64,000 bases of DNA from an uncultured Acidobacteriota bacterium (GCA_902826795.1 CADEGD010000004.1:94155-158154), one strand, 5' to 3'. Shown: positions 46,244-58,008, counted from the first letter of the stretch. The notes: generated by a model from the letters alone, not told the origin. Numbers and translations: made by a program.

Positions 46244-47779
46244 TCAATTTCTCCGCTTGGGAGATAACTCATAAAACCAGAAGTCGTTGTTCGGCTGGTC
46301 GATCTTTAGTTCATCGGTCTTGCCGTTCTTGTCGATCGTGAAGGTCACGAAGCCTCGCGGAAAGTTATATGACACGGACGGACGCCATTTGATCACCCAC
46401 GTATCGTAGTGCCAGTGTTCGAGATCGGCTACGAAATTCGGCGATGGCAGGAAGCGCATAACAAGTTTCCCGTTCTCTTCCGAGACGCTGATATCGCCGT
46501 ACATCTTATCGGCGTAAGTTCCGGCGTACGACGAGATTGTGAGCGTCGGTTTCGCGTTTGCGATCCGTGTCGCATCGATCTTCTTGATCTCTTCTTCGGC
46601 GGTCGCCTTACTTCGCTTGATATTCTCGGCGGCCTCCGCGTTCCAGTCACGTTTAGGAGCATTCACGAGTACGTCACGGATCTTGTTCATCATCACGACA
46701 AAGGCCGGGGATTCGCTGTTAGTGAGCACAACAAAGCCTGCGTTCTCTTCCGGGATCAACACCGTGTAAGACAGCATTCCGTCGAGCCCGCCGCTATGGT
46801 TGACGATCTTGTGACCTTGGTAATCGTAAACGAACCAGCCCATTGCTACGCCCGAAAAGTGACGCGTCGGGCTGGCTTTCCAGCCTGGCTCCGAGATCTG
46901 TTGAGACAGATATGGCTGATGCATCTGCCATGCCTGCGCCTCGCTGAATATCTGCTTGCCCTCGAATTTACCCCTTCCGAGCTGAGTTCTCACCCATCTG
47001 GACAAGTCCGCAACCGACGAATTCAACGCCGCTGCCGAATCCGCTCCGTCGACGTTACCTTTCGGCAAAACACGAAGTTTGCCGCCGGATTCATTGTGAG
47101 GAAATGCTGCATTGGTCGATACGTCCTTGACGCTGCAAGTCGTCCGTCCCATTCCAAGCGGATCGAGGATCCGCTGCTTTACGAACGAGCACCATGACTG
47201 ACCCGAAACCTTCTCGATCACGCGTCCGGCGGCGACAAACATCAGATTCTGGTAGCCGTATCGCGTTCGAAAGCTCGACACCGGTTTGAGGAATTTAACC
47301 CGGTCAAGCATTTCGTTCGCCGAATAGGTCGTTTCGTACCAAAGAAGATCGCCGCTGAAAGTATCGAGCCCAACGCGATGCGTCACGAGGTCACGAATCG
47401 TGAGTTCGCTGGTAACCCATAGGTCGTACATCTGAAACGCCGGAAGATATTTTGACACCTTGTCGTCCCACGCGATCTTTTTTTCATCGACGAGGATCGC
47501 AAGTGAGGCTGTCGTGAACGCTTTCGTGTTCGACGCGATCGCGAAAACGGTGTTCTCATCTACTGGCAAGGTCTTGCCCAGCTCTCGCGTTCCGTAGCCC
47601 TTCGCAAACACGACCTTGTCGTCTTTCACAACCGCGATCGCCATTCCCGGCCCGCCGTGTGTCGCGAGTACCGCCTTCGCGTATTCATCGATCTCCGCAA
47701 TCTTTGCGTCGATAGTTTGAGCAGTTGCAGAAACTGCCAGAGCAAGAATAAGCCCGACAAGGTATAAATTCCTTTTCAT
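46244..47779 (-). CDS. beta-lactamase-fold serine hydrolase (class C/PBP4*-like) with C-terminal beta domain
   Basis: 511 aa from ATG 47779. Signal peptide and S-x-x-K motif (SNTK). Starts 2 nt after the upstream stop. Confidence 0.85.
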   Translation of the reverse strand: MKRNLYLVGLILALAVSATAQTIDAKIAEIDEYAKAVLATHGGPGMAIAVVKDDKVVFAKGYGTRELGKTLPVDENTVFAIASNTKAFTTASLAILVDEKKIAWDDKVSKYLPAFQMYDLWVTSELTIRDLVTHRVGLDTFSGDLLWYETTYSANEMLDRVKFLKPVSSFRTRYGYQNLMFVAAGRVIEKVSGQSWCSFVKQRILDPLGMGRTTCSVKDVSTNAAFPHNESGGKLRVLPKGNVDGADSAAALNSSVADLSRWVRTQLGRGKFEGKQIFSEAQAWQMHQPYLSQQISEPGWKASPTRHFSGVAMGWFVYDYQGHKIVNHSGGLDGMLSYTVLIPEENAGFVVLTNSESPAFVVMMNKIRDVLVNAPKRDWNAEAAENIKRSKATAEEEIKKIDATRIANAKPTLTISSYAGTYADKMYGDISVSEENGKLVMRFLPSPNFVADLEHWHYDTWVIKWRPSVSYNFPRGFVTFTIDKNGKTDELKIDQPNNDFWFYELSPKRRN

Positions 47780-47781
47780 AA

Positions 47782-49509
47782 CTATTTGACTTCGAATAAT
47801 CGCCATCGCCCGTCGGCGAGGTCGAACTGGCGCGTGCCGAGTTCAACAAACTCCAAACCCGAGCCGGCAACGAGGTCTTTTACAGTTCGAGACACAAGTA
47901 TCTTCCCGACCTCAGATTCTTCCGCGATCAGCTTTGCGAGCTCCACGGCAAAACCGCTGTACCGATCACTGGCGACGTCACATTCCCCTGTATGCAAACC
48001 GGTCTTTACACCGATGCTATTGGCCGCTGCCGATTCCACGATCTCGGCCGCACAACGTATTGCCCTCGCAGGGCCGTCAAAGGTCGCCAGAACCTGACCG
48101 TTCGCGTAGTCAACCTCGCGACCGCGGAAAAGTTCCAGTTTGCGGCGTATGAATTCGCGTGTCTGCTGTTTAAGTTCGGGGTTCTGCCGAAAAGAATCGA
48201 TATCGACAAGCCGAATACTCAACACGGTAGCAAGCACACGATCGGTTTCGCCGCCGAACTGCAGACCCTTCACAAACTCTTCGATCTCGGCAAGTACTCT
48301 TTCCTGATCGCCAACGAAAGGCAGGTGGTCGGGCCCCTCAAGCTCTACGTATTTTGATTCCGGTATCCGGTCGGCAACGTAACGCCCTTCCTCTACCCTT
48401 AGGCACATATCGTCGCGGCGATGCATCACGAGCGTCGGCACCCGGACGAGCGGCAAAACGTCACGAACGTCTATCTCGGCGTTCATTCTTGTCAATGCGA
48501 CCGCCGCTCCCGGGCTGGCTCCCATTCTCAAATACTCCGCCCACCACTCGCGAAATTCCGGATCGCCAGCCATCGAAGGTGCGCGTTCCTCGATACCGAC
48601 CGGCTTGCCCCAATCGCGCTTCACCACGTCGAAAAAGGCGTTTCTCTGCTCGACGGTCGGCGCCCATGGATAGTCGTCATCGCGGATTCGTTTGGCGTAC
48701 GTCCCGAACATCACTACGCCGCTTGTGCGTTCCGGATACGTCGCCGCAAACAATGCACACATAGGTCCGCCTTCCGACACGCCGACGAGCACCGCACGTT
48801 CCGCGCCGACGGCGTCCATCACCGCGTGAACGTCCTCCATCCGTTGTTCAAGCGTCGGCAGGCGATCGTTAGGAACGCGGTCCGACAAGCCAGTACCTCG
48901 TTTGTCGAAAAGTATCAGCCGCGAGAAAGATGCCAGCCGCTCAAGAAATGACGCAAAAAGATGGTGCTTCCAGAAATACTCAAGATGCGAAACCCAGCCC
49001 ATCACAAACACGATGTCGATCGGGCCGTCGCCCAAGACCTGATAAGCAATGTTCACATCGCCATTCTGTACATAGCTGGTTGCGGGCCGCAGCGGCGAGA
49101 CGTGTAGTGGAACTCCCGCTGTCCGAGTTTCTACCGGATCGCCGTCTGAAATATAAATTCTTCCGCGAACCGTCTCGACCACGTCGTCGGCAGTATCGAT
49201 CTCGCCGGCGACTTCGGTCACAAAGCGGTAGCCGAACTTCGGAACTGTTTCTATGAACTTAAGGTCACGAGTTTCGCCAAGCGTCCGTCGCAAGATCGAG
49301 ATATTTTGGGCGAGGTTGTTTTCCTCAACGAAGGCATCTTGCCAAACCTCGGCCATAAGACGCTCTTTGCTGAGGATCTTGCCGCCGTTTTGCACGAGCA
49401 ATACGAGTGTGTCGAACGCCTTTGGAGCAAGCGGCAATACGCCGCCGTCTGCGTCGCGCAGCGAACGTTCCTGAGAATCGAGGACGAATTGTGCAAACCT
49501 GAATTTCAC
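47782..49509 (-). CDS. three-domain protein: CadC-type wHTH + alpha/beta hydrolase + class III cyclase-like domain
   Basis: 575 aa with a GTG start. N-terminal wHTH (LAPKAFDTLVLLVQNGGKILSKERL..). Hydrolase elbow GVSEGG. C-terminal cyclase-homology block (ATVLSIRLVDIDSF...LATFDGPARAIRCA...GLHTGE). Confidence 0.8.
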   Translation of the reverse strand: MKFRFAQFVLDSQERSLRDADGGVLPLAPKAFDTLVLLVQNGGKILSKERLMAEVWQDAFVEENNLAQNISILRRTLGETRDLKFIETVPKFGYRFVTEVAGEIDTADDVVETVRGRIYISDGDPVETRTAGVPLHVSPLRPATSYVQNGDVNIAYQVLGDGPIDIVFVMGWVSHLEYFWKHHLFASFLERLASFSRLILFDKRGTGLSDRVPNDRLPTLEQRMEDVHAVMDAVGAERAVLVGVSEGGPMCALFAATYPERTSGVVMFGTYAKRIRDDDYPWAPTVEQRNAFFDVVKRDWGKPVGIEERAPSMAGDPEFREWWAEYLRMGASPGAAVALTRMNAEIDVRDVLPLVRVPTLVMHRRDDMCLRVEEGRYVADRIPESKYVELEGPDHLPFVGDQERVLAEIEEFVKGLQFGGETDRVLATVLSIRLVDIDSFRQNPELKQQTREFIRRKLELFRGREVDYANGQVLATFDGPARAIRCAAEIVESAAANSIGVKTGLHTGECDVASDRYSGFAVELAKLIAEESEVGKILVSRTVKDLVAGSGLEFVELGTRQFDLADGRWRLFEVK

Positions 49510-49590
49510 CGCTCTCAGAAATTACTCAGAGTTTTCTCAATCAAGCCTAAAGAAACGTCCTTCGCCGATTGATAAACCAATTAATGGAGT

Positions 49591-49950
49591 ATGCACGATT
49601 TTATCTTATCAGCAGTCGCCCGGGAAAATGATTCGGATCATGAAGGCGACACGAGGCCTATCAAGCGGCCCGCCATAGTGTCGTTTGCGACACACCGAAC
49701 TGAGGTTTTCTGTCCGGTCTGCCAGGAGATCGTCTTGGCGATCAGCCCGGCGGAAGCTGCCAGACTCTTCAAGACAGACTTGCAAGACGTTCAGTTTCTA
49801 CTGAAAAACAATATGATCCATGCCGTGAGGGAAGATCAGGCGGTTGTCTCGATCTGCCGTACATCTCTCGAAAATTGCTTCGAGCGTCGTCGAACACGGC
49901 TTCTCGATTCGCATTTCGAACTCGCGATTCGGCGTGGTCGCGGACGATGA
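49591..49950 (+). CDS. small CxxC protein, paralogue 1
   Basis: 119 aa with core VFCPVCQEIVLAISPAEAARLF...IHAV...VVSICRTSL. Its stop overlaps the ATG of paralogue 2 (ATGA). Confidence 0.5.
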   Translation: MHDFILSAVARENDSDHEGDTRPIKRPAIVSFATHRTEVFCPVCQEIVLAISPAEAARLFKTDLQDVQFLLKNNMIHAVREDQAVVSICRTSLENCFERRRTRLLDSHFELAIRRGRGR

Positions 49951-50267
49951 GAGACCTAATCCTTGAAATCGAAAGAGTGCAGACGATCCGGCGACGCGTG
50001 CCGACGCTCCGTGGCGACTGCCCGGGTTGCCGCCGTCAGGTCGATCTGGTAAACATTGCCGACCTCGCACGGGTTTTCGACGTGTCCGTCGCCGACGCAG
50101 TTCTGCAATTGCGGGAGCGAAACGTTCACATGCAGCATGTCGAGGGTGATGCGATCCTCGTCTGCTCCGAATCTCTCCTCGACCGTTCCGACACCCAATC
50201 TACGCTGCTCAGCAAAAGCCTGCCGCCGGCTTCCACGTCCCTGCATTCGACTGGTTCATCCGAGTAG
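49947..50267 (+). CDS. small CxxC protein, paralogue 2
   Basis: 106 aa from ATG 49947. The core GDCPGCRRQVDLVNIADLARVF...VHMQ...AILVCSESL aligns with paralogue 1. Confidence 0.5.
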   Translation: MRDLILEIERVQTIRRRVPTLRGDCPGCRRQVDLVNIADLARVFDVSVADAVLQLRERNVHMQHVEGDAILVCSESLLDRSDTQSTLLSKSLPPASTSLHSTGSSE

Positions 50268-50333
50268 CTGGGCTCTTAAATACAACCTTCCTTCTTTCCA
50301 AATGCGGTTGATTCTATTATTCTTTGCAAACCG

Positions 50334-52127
50334 ATGGACCCCGTCACCACGACTCTCCTGCTGCTCGTTCTCGCGATCGCTCTATTCGCGACCGAGAAAC
50401 TGCCGGTCGACGTCATCGGGATCATCCTCGTCATTGCCCTAGTACTCACCAACGTACTAACAGTTCAAGAAGCAGTCGCGGGATTCGGCAACGATGTGGT
50501 CATCACTATAGGCGGATTGTTCCTGCTGGTCGGCGGACTCGTTCGCACCGGTATCGTCGACCTGATCGGGCGGCGTATGCACCGCCTAGCTGGCGACAAT
50601 GTCTTCGTGCTGACAGCTCTGATAATGACGACGGCGGCCGTGTCTGCTTCAGTTCTAAAGAATACGACGACAACCGCGATGTTCCTGCCCGTCATTCTCG
50701 GGCTCGCCGCGAAAGCGAAGATCGCCCCGTCGAAACTTCTGATGCCGCTTGCCTTCGGCGCGATACTCGGCGGAAGCTGCACGCTGATCGGCACCTCGAC
50801 CAATCTCGCTGTCAGCGGTCAGATCGTTCGTTATGGACAAGAGCCATTCTCGATGTTCGAACTCACGACTGTCGGGGTGATCACGTTCGCAGCGGGCATG
50901 ATCTACATGCTCTTCTTCGGCCGGCTCCTTCTACCGAATCGCGGCGGCGAAGAATCGCTTACCGAGCAGTATCACATGCGCGAATATGTGTCTGAGTTGC
51001 TCGTGCTGCCTGAATCGCCGCTTGTCGGTAGGACACTTGGCGAAGCAAACATCGGCACTGAACTCGAACTCAGTGTGCTTGGCATCATCCGGGACGACTT
51101 GCGGATCGCTAACCCGTCGGCTGGCGAACGCATTCAACGCCGCGACCGCTTAATAGTCGAAGGAACGATCACAGACCTGCTTCGCGTAAAGGAGGAAAGC
51201 GGCTTGGAGATCAAGCCGGACTTCACCCTAAACGACGTCGTTTTGGAAGGTGGCGAGGTAGAGCTGTTCGAGGTGATGGTTCAACGCGATTCCAACCTTG
51301 TCGGGCAAACCCTGAAGACGTTGCGCTTTCGCCAGAACTACGACCTTACCGTGCTCGCCATCAACCGCCACGGCGATACGTTCATAAACAAACTTAGCAA
51401 CGTGATGCTTCGCTTTGGTGACGTGCTTCTGGTTCAGGGAAAGCGAAACGACGTCGAAATGCTCGTTGCCGAACGCGAAGTGATACTTCTTGAAGATCTT
51501 TCGCAGTCAAGCTTCCGCATCGAGAAACGCAAGTGGGCGATCACCGCGTTCCTTACTTTTCTCGGCCTTTCGCTTGCGAAAATCACGGTCGGCGTTGATA
51601 TCCCGCTGGCGATCTGTGTGCTGATAGGCGTTATGGTTCTGCTCGCCACCAAGACGATCCGTTATGCAGAGATGTACCCGCTGATCGATTTCCGCCTACT
51701 TGTGCTGATCGCCTGTATGATGAGCTTCGGCGTGGCGATGGAGAAGACTGGGGCCGATCAATATCTCGCCGGGCTTATCCTCAATTACTTCAGCAATTAC
51801 GGTGATCTTGCTATTCTCGCCGGATTCTTCGCCTTGACTGTCTTACTTACCCAACCTATGTCGAATCAGGCGGCCGCTTTAGTAGTTCTGCCGGTCGCCG
51901 TCAAAGCCGCGGTCGCGCTCGACCTAAATCCCAGAACCTTCATCGTTGCAATCACTTACGCTGCTTCATTCTCGTTTATCACTCCGCTTGAACCCGCCTG
52001 CGTACTAGTCTACACGCCCGGCCGCTACCGATTTATGGATTTCGTCAAGATCGGCTCGATCCTAACCATAATCGTCTTCGTCGTCGCCATGCTCCTAGTC
52101 CCCATTTTCTGGCCCTTTCATAAGTAA
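50334..52127 (+). CDS. SLC13/DASS family permease with two central TrkA-C domains
   Basis: 597 aa. Polytopic halves flank two RCK_C-like segments (..LVGRTLGEANIG.., ..LVGQTLKTLRFRQ..). Confidence 0.9.
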   Translation: MDPVTTTLLLLVLAIALFATEKLPVDVIGIILVIALVLTNVLTVQEAVAGFGNDVVITIGGLFLLVGGLVRTGIVDLIGRRMHRLAGDNVFVLTALIMTTAAVSASVLKNTTTTAMFLPVILGLAAKAKIAPSKLLMPLAFGAILGGSCTLIGTSTNLAVSGQIVRYGQEPFSMFELTTVGVITFAAGMIYMLFFGRLLLPNRGGEESLTEQYHMREYVSELLVLPESPLVGRTLGEANIGTELELSVLGIIRDDLRIANPSAGERIQRRDRLIVEGTITDLLRVKEESGLEIKPDFTLNDVVLEGGEVELFEVMVQRDSNLVGQTLKTLRFRQNYDLTVLAINRHGDTFINKLSNVMLRFGDVLLVQGKRNDVEMLVAEREVILLEDLSQSSFRIEKRKWAITAFLTFLGLSLAKITVGVDIPLAICVLIGVMVLLATKTIRYAEMYPLIDFRLLVLIACMMSFGVAMEKTGADQYLAGLILNYFSNYGDLAILAGFFALTVLLTQPMSNQAAALVVLPVAVKAAVALDLNPRTFIVAITYAASFSFITPLEPACVLVYTPGRYRFMDFVKIGSILTIIVFVVAMLLVPIFWPFHK

Positions 52128-52177
52128 ATTTCGCTCGAAAAATGACTCGCTGCGCATTCGGAGAATAGCGGCCAAAA

Positions 52178-52186
52178 TGCTATAAT
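52178..52186 (+). promoter_or_regulatory. extended -10 promoter element upstream of gyrB
   Basis: TGcTATAAT at 52178-52186, about 95 nt upstream of the gyrB TTG start. Confidence 0.45.
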
Positions 52187-52267
52187 CATCTTTTGATCGA
52201 ACAGGCAAATCCCTGCCCTATGAAGGTCTCCTAAATATCAGACATTTCAACTGTTTAGAGTTCTTGA

Positions 52268-54694
<2,427 letters not shown>

Positions 54695-54722
54695 TTTCAC
54701 CTGATAGAGTTGTCAAAGATCA

Positions 54723-54755
54723 GAAAACCTCGGAAGTTCCGAGGTTTTCTTTATT
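54723..54755. terminator. bidirectional intrinsic terminator
   Basis: 12-bp perfect stem GAAAACCTCGGA / TCCGAGGTTTTC with a 3-nt loop. T-tract on the plus side, A-tract on the minus side. Confidence 0.8.
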
Positions 54756-54779
54756 AAATGTGCGTAATATTCAATTGTA

Positions 54780-55295
54780 TTAAAGTGGAGTTACCGAGAT
54801 GGTGCGGCGGCCGAATCTACGAGCTTCGGCACAGCTTGCCATCCAGATATCTATCTTGCGGCCTTTGATCCTGCCTCCGGTATCGGAAACCAAATATTGT
54901 CCGCTGTGTGCCCCGGCACCGATGTTCACGCGGCTCCCGAGCCTAAGTACTCTCGGGTCGGCTGCGATCAAGCCTTTACGAACGCTGTGTCCCATTGCCG
55001 TTCTGCCGCGAAGGCAGTAAGCGGTAGCAGTAAAACTTCCCGCAGACGTCGGCCGGACTGATCCGGTTTTTGCAACTTTTCCTTTGGCTTTCGAGCCATC
55101 GTCCTGCTGCTGCGTCTGCTGAAATTCGGTCGTAACTTCCGGTGCGATAACTGTTTCAGAATCTACGTTTTCAAATAACTCTTGCGAAATGTTCGCTGAG
55201 CCGAGGACTTCCGTGTTGTTTGAGCTTGCGTAAATAAACACGACACACATGCTCAAAACCGTCAGGATCATTCCTCCTCTGACGAATTTATTCAT
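54780..55295 (-). CDS. 3D-domain (MltA/RlpA-like double-psi barrel) cell-wall protein
   Basis: 171 aa from ATG 55295, with an N-terminal anchor. 3D block: TATAYCLRGRTAMG..IAADPRVLRLGSRV..VSDTGGRIKGRKIDIW. Confidence 0.8.
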   Translation of the reverse strand: MNKFVRGGMILTVLSMCVVFIYASSNNTEVLGSANISQELFENVDSETVIAPEVTTEFQQTQQQDDGSKAKGKVAKTGSVRPTSAGSFTATAYCLRGRTAMGHSVRKGLIAADPRVLRLGSRVNIGAGAHSGQYLVSDTGGRIKGRKIDIWMASCAEARRFGRRTISVTPL

Positions 55296-55654
55296 TATTG
55301 ATCTCCTGTCAAAAACGTTACCCGCACATACCGTCAAGTTTCGAACGAGAAACCGTTCCGTTCGAATTTGCCCGACAGCGTGGAAGAAATGTTCGGTTAA
55401 CAGTGGTGGCGGCGAATTCCGCCAGTCGCGAACGACAGTGTTCGAGACAATTTGAAAGGCTATCATCGTTTTTAAGGCGGTGTCCACCCTCGAAACGGGT
55501 CGAAAAGTGCCCCTCTGGAGACAAATGTTGTGTCCTAAGGCGCTTACCGATAGCATTTTTTTTAGATTTTGATACACTTTACTCCCAAGTCAGGCCGCAT
55601 ATCAGCCGATTTTCGCCGAAATCCAAAGTTCTCGATACTTCCGAGGTCAACACT

Positions 55655-56020
55655 ATGCAGGAACGCCGAGGTGGCAGCAGATACGTAGTTTCGTTCCCGA
55701 TTAGGGCCAGATGGAAAGACGAGAACGGGGCCGAGGTGCGCGAAGAGGGGCTGACCGAAAACGTCGGCCTTATGGGAACGCTTGCGTATTTTCCGCGAAA
55801 GCTGCCTAACGTCGGCACGAAGGTCGAGCTTACCGTGATCGAAAATCCGGACGACGAAGTGACGGTGTCTGCCGAGGTCATCCGGCTCGAACGCAACGCC
55901 GCCCATCCGCAGGTCGCCCTCAACCTTGTCGAGGGAATGCGAACCTGGAAGAAGAAAGTTTACGACCTCGCCGAATCGATCGTCTCGAATCAAGAACCAG
56001 ACGGCGACGACGACTGGTAA
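55655..56020 (+). CDS. PilZ-like domain protein
   Basis: 121 aa from ATG 55655. RRGGSR (RxxxR) is present, and NVGLMG sits in the D/NxSxxG position. Confidence 0.6.
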   Translation: MQERRGGSRYVVSFPIRARWKDENGAEVREEGLTENVGLMGTLAYFPRKLPNVGTKVELTVIENPDDEVTVSAEVIRLERNAAHPQVALNLVEGMRTWKKKVYDLAESIVSNQEPDGDDDW

Positions 56021-56027
56021 ACAAAGC

Positions 56028-56101
56028 GTCCAAAGTCCAATGTTCAAAGTCCAAGGCCTTGATGGCGGCAGACCCTGGACATTGGACTTTAGACTTTGGA
56101 C
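56028..56101. repeat. palindromic intergenic element built from AAAGTCCAA words
   Basis: Left arm 56028-56056 (GTCCAAAGTCCAATGTTCAAAGTCCAAGG). Right arm 56074-56101 (CCTGGACATTGGACTTTAGACTTTGGAC). Two words per arm, inverted. Confidence 0.6.
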
Positions 56102-56110
56102 CAAAACAGC

Positions 56111-57271
56111 ATGAAAGTACTTGTACTCGGTGCCGGCCGTATGGGATACGGTGCGGCTTTCGACCTTATTCACAATTCGCCGGACGTCACGTCGGTAACG
56201 ATCGCCGACTTTCACGGCGAGCTTGCTTCGAACGCGGCGGCGAAGATAGGTACGGACCGCATTACCGCAAAGCAGATCGACGCGGGAAACTATGCGGCTG
56301 TGGTCGAGCTTTTTCGCGGGCACGATTCGGTGATTTCGTGCGTTAACTATTGGTATAACGAATCGCTTTCGAAGGCCGCTATCGAGACCAAGGCCAACTT
56401 CTGCGATCTCGGCGGGAATAACTATGTTGTCGATTCGCAACTTGCGCTTGATGCCGAGGCGAAGGCAGCGGGAATCAGCATCATTCCCGACTGCGGGCTT
56501 GCTCCGGGAATGGTTTCGGTGCTTGCGATGCACGGTGCGAAGCAATTCGAAACGCTTGACGAGATCCACATTCGTGTCGGCGGACTCCCGCAGCAGCCTC
56601 AGCCGCCGCTCGATTACCAACTCGTCTTCTCGGTCGAAGGCCTTATTAATGAATACATCGAAGTCGCCCGCGTCATCCGCGACGGACAGATCGTCGAAGT
56701 TCCTTCGATGACCGAGCTCGAAAGCCTCGCTTTCGAAGGCTTCCCGCCGCTCGAAGCTTTCCAGACCTCGGGCGGGACGTCGACCTTGCCGGACAGCTTC
56801 AAGGGGAAGATCAAGAATCTCGACTACAAGACCATCCGATACGCCGGCCATTGCGACAAGTTCAAGACGATGATCGACCTCGGCCTTTGTTCGAGCGAGC
56901 AAATGGTGGTCGATTATCAAAATGTAAAGCCTCGCAAACTCTTCGGCGACCTGCTCCAAAAACATCTCCCAGCCGACGGCCCCGACTACGTCCTCGTCCG
57001 ATTGGAGTTTGTAGGGAAGCGAAAGTCCGAGGACTCCGCACTTCAGACTCCCGACTCCAGACTCGTTTACGACATCGTCGACCGCCTCGACGAATCCACC
57101 GGCCTTTCCGCCATGATGCGGACCACGGCTTTCCCGGCCTCGATCATCGCCCAGATGATGGCCCGCGGCGACGTTCTTGAAAAAGGAGCGACCCCGCAAG
57201 AGATCGCCATAGACCCCGACAAGTTCGTCGCCGAACTTGGGGAAAGGAACATCGACATCAAGATCTACTGA
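56111..57271 (+). CDS. saccharopine dehydrogenase family protein (NADP-binding + C-terminal domain)
   Basis: 386 aa from ATG 56111 with Rossmann start MKVLVLGAGRMG. DCGLAPG block. Confidence 0.85.
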   Translation: MKVLVLGAGRMGYGAAFDLIHNSPDVTSVTIADFHGELASNAAAKIGTDRITAKQIDAGNYAAVVELFRGHDSVISCVNYWYNESLSKAAIETKANFCDLGGNNYVVDSQLALDAEAKAAGISIIPDCGLAPGMVSVLAMHGAKQFETLDEIHIRVGGLPQQPQPPLDYQLVFSVEGLINEYIEVARVIRDGQIVEVPSMTELESLAFEGFPPLEAFQTSGGTSTLPDSFKGKIKNLDYKTIRYAGHCDKFKTMIDLGLCSSEQMVVDYQNVKPRKLFGDLLQKHLPADGPDYVLVRLEFVGKRKSEDSALQTPDSRLVYDIVDRLDESTGLSAMMRTTAFPASIIAQMMARGDVLEKGATPQEIAIDPDKFVAELGERNIDIKIY

Positions 57272-57336
57272 TAAATACGGGATGTTATTGTTCCGCTCCA
57301 TTTCGTGGTGTGCCAATTTGTTCCATTCGGAACAGA

Positions 57337-58008
57337 TCACAGGCTCTTTGCGACCTCCTTTTGCCTCAACGCTTTCAGGCAGCGATTGACCGTCGTCGGC
57401 CCGACGCCAAGTTCTTTGGCGATAGCACGCTGCGTCATCTTTTCTTTCGCAAGCTGCTCGACTCGTTCGGCAAACTCCGCTTGGAGCGCGTGGCCGTAGC
57501 TCCAGCCGATGTGAGAGCGTTCGTCGGTCAGGGTTTCGAACCCAAACCCTAGAAAATTCTTTTCCTTGCCGATTCGGACCGAAGCGACCTCAGTCTCGGC
57601 GTCACGGTCGGGCGTGTAACGGTGCTTGAGCGGTTTTATGTACCGTATGTTCTTGCCGCGGCGTGAAGCTCCGATCGCGAACATGCTCTCGACGAAAACC
57701 GACAGCATTTTCGAGCCGTTGATATGCGCCAGTTCGATCGGCTGATATGGCGGACGCTTTTTCGTGTGGGCCAGCACAAGGATCGAGATTTTCAGTTCTT
57801 TCTTTAATTGAACAAGTGTTTTCATCAAGCGCTGGGCGTTAGGCGAGCTTTCAACCCGCGTCTTATCAAGCATCGCCTGCTGCTCCGCGTTCAGCTTTAT
57901 CGGCGGCGGCTCATACGGCTTTTCATTCCCGCCGTACAGATGCGGGTACGACTCTCGTAACTCTTCCTCGGTATCTAGCGAATCAAAATCGTCCATATCA
58001 TTCGTCAC
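57337..58008 (-). pseudogene. AAA_25/RepA-like RecA-fold ATPase remnant (C-terminal half) + resolvase-type HTH
   Basis: 223 aa with a GTG start. Retains ..LKISILVLAHTKK.. and later strands but has no Walker A or B. C-terminal HTH: MTQRAIAKELGVGPTTVNRCLK. Confidence 0.5.

Noticed and set aside
55296-55600. c-di-AMP (ydaO-type) riboswitch upstream of the 3D-domain gene
   Set aside because: The genomic context is suggestive. However, I could not find the conserved core strings expected from memory (ACGGGGUGAAUC-like, GCUAACC-like). Kept only as a generic structured-leader hypothesis.
55562-57340. 592-aa minus-strand ORF spanning the PilZ gene, the intergenic palindrome and the saccharopine dehydrogenase gene
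   Set aside because: The plus-strand frames carry clear family motifs (Rossmann MKVLVLGAGRMG, PilZ RxxxR). The antisense product is Arg/Val/Leu-rich with no motifs. Its length is striking, but it is best explained as a shadow ORF.
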